Source of the DNA: Promethearchaeota archaeon
GTDB taxonomy: Archaea > Asgardarchaeota > Lokiarchaeia > Sigyniarchaeales > SOKP01
Direction: 5' to 3'
NCBI GenBank assembly: GCA_016930515.1
Contig: JAFGGO010000125.1
Coordinates: forward strand, 1 to 23,076
DNA: 23,076 nucleotides
Part shown: positions 16,907-23,076 of the stretch, in pieces
Numbering within the stretch: position 1 is the stretch's first letter
Layout: each line of letters opens with the position of its first letter
Notes under the pieces: model-generated
Told to the model about the DNA's origin: nothing
What the model saw: only the letters and a program-made list of their open reading frames with translations
Database searches by the model: none
Program-made: the position numbers and the translations under genes

Positions 16907-17160
16907 AATTTCATTTAAGCTAAATAATTTAATAAACATTTTAGTTTTTACAAATAATTTCACGGCATTTGATCCTATTTCGTTAAAATAAGTTTTCAAG
17001 TTCAGAAAAATTATTACTCAAATATAATCAAGAATATGAATCAAGCAAAGAGTATAAGAGAATTATGGAGTTTAGAACGAATATTTAAATGAACATTAAT
17101 TATTTAGACTAACAAAACTCGTTTCGAGTAAATTATTTATAATTAATTAGAGGTCATATT

Positions 17161-17676
17161 ATGAAAGAAAAACCAGATTATGAAAAATATCCCATAAGCG
17201 ACGAAGAAATGGGCGAACGATACAAAAATTGGACGGAATCCCTTTCCAGGCAAATGCTCGTGCTCTATAAAATAGGTAAAGAAGTTGGAGGTCAAAAGTT
17301 CGTCGAAAGACTCAAGGAAGAATATCGAAAAATGGGCCAGAGAGATGCTGGAATGTGGACGAAGTTAGTTGGCATGAGCCCGGAAGAATTCAAGGATTGC
17401 TCAAACTTACCCAAGGTCTACAATTGCATTGATGATAGGTTTGCAAATTTCTGGAACGGTTACGTTGAGAACACGCCAAAGGCTTTTGAGAAAGAATTGT
17501 ATACCTGCCCCGTTGCAAGGCCGTGGTCGAGGGAACCCGAAATATGTGAGCTTTTATTAGGTGAAGCGCTTAAAGGGATGGCCGAAACGCTCAACCCGAA
17601 GTTTAAATCTGAAGGATTCACGAAATTACTCGTTAAGGGCGATAAATGCTGTCGCTACAGGGTCGAGATGGAGTAG
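17161..17676 (+). CDS. L-2-amino-thiazoline-4-carboxylate hydrolase-like (V4R-related) Cys-containing protein
   Basis: Cys pattern TCPVARPW...EICE...LNP...LLVKGDKCCRYRVE; GAGG upstream of the ATG. Confidence 0.65.
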   Translation: MKEKPDYEKYPISDEEMGERYKNWTESLSRQMLVLYKIGKEVGGQKFVERLKEEYRKMGQRDAGMWTKLVGMSPEEFKDCSNLPKVYNCIDDRFANFWNGYVENTPKAFEKELYTCPVARPWSREPEICELLLGEALKGMAETLNPKFKSEGFTKLLVKGDKCCRYRVEME

Positions 17677-17683
17677 GATTGAA

Positions 17684-18178
17684 TTGGCGAATGATCAAAA
17701 CATGGAAGAGCAGCTAAAGAAACTCGAACAAAAAGCTGGTGATTACGAACAGCTGTTCCAAAATTGCGCCCAAGGAACATTATTAGCGCTACAAGAACAT
17801 TTTGGTCTTGGAGATTCAAATACTCTAAAAGCAGCAACGGCCTTCCCCGGCATAGCGCTCAGGGGAGAGACCTGCGGAGCAGTTATTGGATCCATCATGG
17901 CACTCGGACTCGCCTTCGGACGCGATAAACCTGAGGATCTTGCCTCATTACAACGCACGATTAGCGCTGCTCGGAAGTTATGTCACCTCTTTGAGAAGGA
18001 ATTTGGTAGTTGCAATTGTCGAGATGTTCAACATTGCTTGTTTGGTCGAAATTACGATCTCATGAAACTAAAGGACCAACAAGAGTTTATTAAATCCGGA
18101 GACGCTAAAAAATGCCGAATCGCGGTAGGAAAAGCTGCAAGAATCACAGGAGAAATCATATTAAACGGCCTGGAGTGA
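17684..18178 (+). CDS. C_GCAxxG_C_C family putative redox protein (start TTG 17684 or ATG 17702)
   Basis: NCAQG, GETCGAVIG, FGSCNCRD and C-terminal KKC. The upstream part of the track ORF overlaps the previous gene and is probably not translated. Confidence 0.88.
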   Translation: MANDQNMEEQLKKLEQKAGDYEQLFQNCAQGTLLALQEHFGLGDSNTLKAATAFPGIALRGETCGAVIGSIMALGLAFGRDKPEDLASLQRTISAARKLCHLFEKEFGSCNCRDVQHCLFGRNYDLMKLKDQQEFIKSGDAKKCRIAVGKAARITGEIILNGLE

Positions 18179-18226
18179 GATTTATAAATTGAATCAAATT
18201 AAAAATATTAAACAATTTGGGAAGGT

Positions 18227-19216
18227 TTGCAAATGGTAAAGATCAACACTGTTCTAGGTCCTATTGATCCAGAAGATATGGGTTTAACATTGCCCCATGA
18301 ACATATATCCGCAGGTTATCCTGGATGGGAGTGCGATCCGCTCTCGAGACCTTACGATCGGGAAAAGATAGTTAATGTCTGTATTAAGAACCTCGAACCA
18401 ATTAAGAAATATGGCGTTAAAACCATCATTGATGCCACTCCTCTGGATCTCTCAAGGGATGTCGAAGTAATGAAGGCCGTGTCGGAAAAACTTCAAATTC
18501 ATATCATCTGTTCAACGGGGCGCTACAAGGAAAATGGTGGCAAGTGGTTCTATTTTCGTCAGAGAGAGGAAGGAAAAATCGGCGAAATGAAGACCGAACT
18601 CTACGAGGGGTTCATGCGGGAATTAACCCATGGTATTGGTCTGACCGGTATCAAGCCAGGAGTCATTAAGGTGGCATCCGGATTAAATCAAATATCTTCG
18701 TGCGAAGACGCTTCATTGAGGGCAGCCGCTCGTGCCAGCAAGGAAACCGAAACGCCCATCATGACCCACACGGAAGATGGAACGATGGGACCCGAGCAGG
18801 CAGATCTTCTCATTAGTGAAGGTGTGAAACCACATAAGATCGTAATTGGTCACATGTGTGGCAACCCTTCATTAGAATATCAAGAGGATGTATTAATTCG
18901 AGGCGTATATATCGCTTTCGATAGGTTTGGAATCGAGATGCTGGTTCCCGATAAAGTTCGCATCGCCATGTTGGTCGAGCTCTTGAAAAAAGGATATGAG
19001 GATCGCATAATGCTCTCGCAGGATTTCATTGGTTGCAGTTTTGGAAGGGGCGGTAGAATGCCTGAAGAAATGTTAAAACTGGTTATGAACTGGTCTTTTA
19101 CGAATATTTTCCATAATGTAATTCCTGCTCTTAAAAAAGCCGGAATCAGCGACAAACAAATCAACACTATGACGATTGACAATCCAATGCGCTATTTAAG
19201 TGGTATTTCGAGTTAA
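18227..19216 (+). CDS. Phosphotriesterase/lactonase-family amidohydrolase (PHP/PTE)
   Basis: INTVLGPI...LPHEH, DATP, IKVA (carbamylated Lys position), THT, GHM, FDRFG, LSQD and DNP. Confidence 0.92.
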   Translation: MQMVKINTVLGPIDPEDMGLTLPHEHISAGYPGWECDPLSRPYDREKIVNVCIKNLEPIKKYGVKTIIDATPLDLSRDVEVMKAVSEKLQIHIICSTGRYKENGGKWFYFRQREEGKIGEMKTELYEGFMRELTHGIGLTGIKPGVIKVASGLNQISSCEDASLRAAARASKETETPIMTHTEDGTMGPEQADLLISEGVKPHKIVIGHMCGNPSLEYQEDVLIRGVYIAFDRFGIEMLVPDKVRIAMLVELLKKGYEDRIMLSQDFIGCSFGRGGRMPEEMLKLVMNWSFTNIFHNVIPALKKAGISDKQINTMTIDNPMRYLSGISS

Positions 19217-19237
19217 ATAAAAGAGGAGGAATAACTC

Positions 19238-19549
19238 ATGGGAAAATGTAAGATTACGGTGTTAGAGACCCAATTTAACGAAAAACTTGCCAAGGAATAT
19301 GGTGTTGCAAATATCGGTCCGTGCCCGGTCCACGAGGTTGGACAGGTTTTTATAACGGATCATTTTAGACCCGAAGACTTTTGCCCCGAAGCTTGGAAAT
19401 CAATCCAACATTATGTGTTCGCACTAGTTCATGGCATGAAAGGAACATTTTTCGACAATCGATGGGTGCGTTTTGAAGGAGTATCCATCAATAGCTGTAA
19501 CGATGGGCTTCGCCCTGTTATTTTTAAATTAGAACAGCTGGGGGATTAA
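19238..19549 (+). CDS. TIGR04076-family Cys-containing protein
   Basis: KCKITVL, GPCP, FCPEAW and SCNDGLRPVIFKLE; GAGGAGG ribosome-binding site. Confidence 0.85.
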   Translation: MGKCKITVLETQFNEKLAKEYGVANIGPCPVHEVGQVFITDHFRPEDFCPEAWKSIQHYVFALVHGMKGTFFDNRWVRFEGVSINSCNDGLRPVIFKLEQLGD

Positions 19550-19552
19550 AAG

Positions 19553-19803
19553 ATGGATTCAATAAAATAAAATAAGGAAGAACTCAAGAAACTTGAAATT
19601 AATGCCAATAAACATCCTATAGTGCTGTTGAATCTACTAAAATTTACCCCTCGAGGAGATATCAATTGTATTCGCTATATGAAGGGTGCAGCTTTAGTTG
19701 TCGAAAAAGGGGTGAAAGTGGCTTTTATTTAGGAAAAATCATGGAACAAGCTATTCAATACACATCAATTCCTGTAAAAACAATAGATCCAACAAGTTCT
19801 TAA
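19553..19803 (+). pseudogene. Degraded DUF1330-like gene
   Basis: Reads MDSIK*NKEELKKL...HPIVLLNLLKF...RYMKGAALVVEKG with an in-frame TAA at 19568, then changes frame to YLGKIMEQAIQYTSIP*; much of the central part appears deleted. Confidence 0.65.
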
Positions 19804-19926
19804 AAAAACTTCGATTTTTTTATCTAATTTCAGGATTAAGAGGATATTCAGCTATGTCACTTTTTTCGTAAAAGGCAGCTTTCACGATCTTTGATCTTTA
19901 TACAAATTTTGCTTTTGAAAATTCAT

Positions 19927-20067
19927 CTATTCTTCGTATAAACAGAAAAATCTACCATCGTACTTTGAATAAATGATTTTGATATTTGGGTGTTCTGCGA
20001 AAAATCCGTTAATTAGCGCTTCTTGTTTTGAATAGCTCAGACTATTTATAATCTTGCATTTTATCAT
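19927..20067 (-). CDS. Small 46-aa protein, absent from the ORF track (Cse60/DUF2758-like pattern)
   Basis: MIKCKIINSLSYSKQEALINGFFAEHPNIKIIYSKYDGRFFCLYEE*; TTTAAATA on the - strand at about 20122-20129. Confidence 0.55.
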   Translation of the reverse strand: MIKCKIINSLSYSKQEALINGFFAEHPNIKIIYSKYDGRFFCLYEE

Positions 20068-20205
20068 TTTATTTTACCATTTAGTGTTTTATACATTTGA
20101 TGTTTTAATCATCATACGCAGTATTTAAATTCGTGTGGTTAAAAAGTGAATTGTTAAGTGTAAAAAAAAGATTGAATATAATTATTTAAGATTAAATGAT
20201 AAGAT

Positions 20206-21078
20206 TTAATTTTTAATTTGCCTCCGTTGAAACCGAATTAATGCTAAAAAAAGCATTATCGCCGTGAATATGGACATTCCAAAAAGAGCGCCTAATTCTG
20301 ATGGAGTTGTCCACGAGTAATAAGTTGCTCCTGGATATTCGTATATTTCGTATCGAGGATCTGGGATGCCTATCAACGAATAGTAAATGATGTATTGGTA
20401 ATATGCTGGATTGTATAATGGTTCAAACTCAGGTATAAAAGCCTTTATGAATGTGAATATCAAATTAAATCCCATCACCATCAAAAAAACGGTGAAAATT
20501 ACGCTAAAAGCCGTTGATTTTACCATACTACTATACAAACACCCTAAAGAAAAAACCATTAAAGCATATAATAGCTCCCAACCCATTGAATTCCACAAAA
20601 CGGCCGGTACTTTCTCGTATTTTGCAAAAGTGATCGAAGCGATTAGTACATAATATAAAATAATGATGCTAACGATTAGCGTATATCGCAAGATCGTTCT
20701 TCCCAAGAAAAGGCGAGTCCGGGTTGTTTTAGGAAATAATAAATTCCCCGTGTTCTTTCCAAAATCCTCGGCAATAATGGAACCACCAAATATGGCTGAA
20801 GAAATTGTAATAAACATCGTTAGAAACGCTCTCAATGGCTTTATGTATTCAATAGGTTCTTCAGGTAATGGTATTCCCTGTGAAAATCCTATTTCCATTG
20901 ATGTTAATTGCCCTATAAACATTAATATGGCTACAACAACCATGAAAATAAATAACTTTAGATTTTTCTTGAAATCAAAAGCAAAAATATCGCTTATCTG
21001 AATCAGGCCTTCTTTTAATGTTAACTTCTTCTTTTTGAAAAAGCTTGTGCCTGATATAAGTTGTTCACTTTTCATCAT
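20206..21078 (-). CDS. ABC-2 type exporter permease
   Basis: About 6 TM helices; GGSIIAEDFGKNTGNLLFPKTTRTRLFLGR motif; C-terminal FQRRQI; directly downstream of an ABC ATPase. Confidence 0.88.
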   Translation of the reverse strand: MMKSEQLISGTSFFKKKKLTLKEGLIQISDIFAFDFKKNLKLFIFMVVVAILMFIGQLTSMEIGFSQGIPLPEEPIEYIKPLRAFLTMFITISSAIFGGSIIAEDFGKNTGNLLFPKTTRTRLFLGRTILRYTLIVSIIILYYVLIASITFAKYEKVPAVLWNSMGWELLYALMVFSLGCLYSSMVKSTAFSVIFTVFLMVMGFNLIFTFIKAFIPEFEPLYNPAYYQYIIYYSLIGIPDPRYEIYEYPGATYYSWTTPSELGALFGMSIFTAIMLFLALIRFQRRQIKN

Positions 21079-21083
21079 AATTT

Positions 21084-22100
21084 TTACACCTCACTTAATT
21101 CTTTTTCGTTTGTTAATTCAATAAATAAATCCTCCAAAAGGCCCATTTTTGGAACCGAGTATTCTAATAATTCATAACCAGATTCAAATAATGCTTTATG
21201 GATTTTTGTTTGATTTTTTGGATCTCCATTGAAAAATACCTTGAATGTTTGGAAATCGTTATCGAATTTGACCCAATTTTCTTCTTCTTTCAATCCTGTC
21301 AAGGGAATTATTATCTTATTCAAATTATCGATAACATTCTCAATTTTTAAATCTTGCAATTTAAACATTTTGAATTGGATGACTCTCCTCACTTTTTTTC
21401 GTTCTAAATTATCCAAAGAGTCAAAAGCAATAAGTTTACCTTCACGAATAATTGCGATTTTATCTGCGATTTCGCTTATTTCATAAAGCAAATGACTACT
21501 TAAAAAAATTGTCTTACCTAGTTTTTTTTGATTCAGGATGAAATCTCTCAATTCTTTCCTAGTTTTCGGATCTAATCCAGATTGTGGTTCGTCTAAAACC
21601 AAAATATCAGGATCGTGGACAACAGCGGAAATCACGCCAATCTTTTGCGTCATTCCCTTCGAAAAAGAACCAAGCTTCTTATTTTTCCATTCGAGCATTC
21701 CAATCATTTTTAACACCTGGTCTATCCTATCGTTTATGAGTTTTCTGGGATATCCTTTTAGTCTTGCAAAAAATTTTAAAATTTCTTGAGGAGTCATCTT
21801 TTTATAAAATTTAGGTGTTTCTATGAGGAATCCAAGGTTCTTCAATAAGTAATGCTTATTATTGCTACTCATTTTTTGGAGTTCACCATTTGCTCTTATC
21901 CACACTTCACCTTCATTAGGTTTTAGCAATTGTGCCATAATTTTCATTGTTGTACTTTTCCCTGCGCCATTAGGTCCCAAAAATCCTATAATTTTACCTT
22001 TTGGTATGTCTAAATTGAATTCTTTTACGGCATAATGCTTTCCAAATTTTTTAGTTAAATTCTTAAATTTTATAACTACTTCTTGATTTATTTCACTCAT
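21084..22100 (-). CDS. ABC exporter ATP-binding protein
   Basis: GFLGPNGAGKST, FSKGMTQK, LVLDEPQSGLDP and SSHLL. Confidence 0.95.
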   Translation of the reverse strand: MSEINQEVVIKFKNLTKKFGKHYAVKEFNLDIPKGKIIGFLGPNGAGKSTTMKIMAQLLKPNEGEVWIRANGELQKMSSNNKHYLLKNLGFLIETPKFYKKMTPQEILKFFARLKGYPRKLINDRIDQVLKMIGMLEWKNKKLGSFSKGMTQKIGVISAVVHDPDILVLDEPQSGLDPKTRKELRDFILNQKKLGKTIFLSSHLLYEISEIADKIAIIREGKLIAFDSLDNLERKKVRRVIQFKMFKLQDLKIENVIDNLNKIIIPLTGLKEEENWVKFDNDFQTFKVFFNGDPKNQTKIHKALFESGYELLEYSVPKMGLLEDLFIELTNEKELSEV

Positions 22101-22206
22101 TTTCCTTCATTTTTTTGTTCTTCTTTTTTCAATTGATTGATGTTTAAAACCTATTTTGATAAATTTCTAGCTCTTATAATGTTTTTAATAAAAATTGTTA
22201 TTCTTA

Positions 22207-22527
22207 TTAGAGAATTCCTTTCATTAATTTACGATATTCTTCAAACGCTTTTCTTCCAGCTTCGGTGAGGGCCAACATCGTGAAAGGCTTCTTGTTCTTA
22301 AACTTTTTTTCTACTTCGATGTATCCCGCTTCTTCTAACTTGGCGATGTGAGATCCAAGGTTTCCCCATGTGAGGCCTATTTGGTTTTTTAAAAACAACG
22401 ATTCTGCTCGTTTTACTAAATATAAGTTGGCCATTATCAGTAATCGAGCGGGTTCGTGAATGAGTTTATCGAGTCCTTCTAATGTGGGTAATTCTTCTCG
22501 ATTATCGTTTTTGACCAATAGAATCAC
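22207..22527 (-). CDS. Winged helix-turn-helix transcriptional regulator (ArsR/MarR-like, HTH_34 type)
   Basis: LDKLIHEPARLLIMANL...LTWGNLGSHIAKLEEAGYIEVEKKF..KKP.T...LTEAGRKAFEEY. Confidence 0.9.
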   Translation of the reverse strand: MILLVKNDNREELPTLEGLDKLIHEPARLLIMANLYLVKRAESLFLKNQIGLTWGNLGSHIAKLEEAGYIEVEKKFKNKKPFTMLALTEAGRKAFEEYRKLMKGIL

Positions 22528-23075
22528 TCCTTTTCTAAATTTTCATTAATAAAGAGGCGTTGTTTACCTTTTAAAACATTCAAGGCATCCTTTTTTAGAT
22601 CTTCGTCAGGGAGTGGATGGGTTTTAAAAAATTGAATTAAATAATATATTCCTATTGAAATAATGCTTAAACTCATGATCGTGAAAATTAACAATCCTAT
22701 CTCGACATACGGACCATAATTAAGGTAAGTCAATTCAAAGATACCATAAGCAACAATAAAAAATATCGAGTAGTAAACATAACGATAAAATTTGGCAAAA
22801 TACGCGAGCACGGCAGAAATGGAAGGTATTATTAAAAGTGTAACATATATTCCCTGAATGCTTCCCTTTATTTCATCTGGATTCGCCCTTCCCGATCCTC
22901 CAAACAATAAAAATAATAGTAAGGCCATAGATATTGAAGCCAACAATTTACACTTCACATTCAATTTATTATTTTTAATCCCTTTACGAGGTAATACGAG
23001 ATACTTTCTGATACTATAAAAAAATAAAATTATTAAGATGATTTCAATGAAGATTATTATTATTTTATATTCTTT
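22524..23075 (-). CDS. Membrane protein, 5' end cut by the window edge
   Basis: The frame is open upstream of the track start (22964) all the way to the edge: KEYKIIIIFIEIILIILFFYSIRKYLVLPRKGIKNNKLNVK. Multiple TM helices; its stop overlaps the wHTH start (GTGA). Confidence 0.75.
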   Translation of the reverse strand, partial: KEYKIIIIFIEIILIILFFYSIRKYLVLPRKGIKNNKLNVKCKLLASISMALLLFLLFGGSGRANPDEIKGSIQGIYVTLLIIPSISAVLAYFAKFYRYVYYSIFFIVAYGIFELTYLNYGPYVEIGLLIFTIMSLSIISIGIYYLIQFFKTHPLPDEDLKKDALNVLKGKQRLFINENLEKE

Positions 23076-23076
23076 A

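Noticed and set aside
17561-17683. N-terminal extension of the C_GCAxxG_C_C ORF
   Set aside because: It overlaps the upstream gene out of frame, and the family domain starts near 17684-17702.
566-21789. Short antisense or alternate-frame ORFs in the track (e.g. 566..778, 1622..1945, 2729..3088, 5249..5605, 10282..10653, 16581..16889, 20663..21001)
   Set aside because: They lie within confidently assigned genes and show no independent motifs; shadow ORFs.
1-23076. CRISPR array, rRNA or IS elements
   Set aside because: I saw no regularly spaced repeats, rRNA-like sequence, transposase motifs or terminal inverted repeats.

Overview
AT-rich archaeal DNA, most likely from an Asgard (Lokiarchaeia-like) genome. 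This assignment is an inference from the archaeal-type PGK, fwdB/fwdD, an intronless CCA-less tRNA-Val(GAC), TATA-like promoters, and a longin/roadblock-like domain protein. Left part: larC, a TPR protein, a candidate structured RNA, a wHTH-longin-like protein, larB, pgk and tRNA-Val. Centre (6.1-15.7 kb), the most striking region: two related modules flank an isolated, oppositely oriented fwdD-fwdB pair. Together they encode three membrane-anchored proteins with sulfite-oxidase-like (molybdopterin-binding) domains that all lack the catalytic Cys, a secreted DOMON/EbdC-like heme protein, two paralogous YkoE-like ECF S components, and one ECF ATPase-ATPase/T module. Both modules carry a near-identical promoter motif. 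I propose this is a surface-capture plus ECF import system for Mo/W pterin cofactor, or a related pterin, linked to formylmethanofuran dehydrogenase; this is a hypothesis. Right part: a membrane protein, a flavodoxin, a GC-richer bacterial-like operon (ATC-hydrolase-like, C_GCAxxG_C_C, phosphotriesterase-family, TIGR04076, DUF1330 pseudogene), an unannotated 46-aa ORF, and an ABC-2 exporter operon with a wHTH regulator, cut by the window edge. All family assignments come from recognising motifs by eye, not from database searches.
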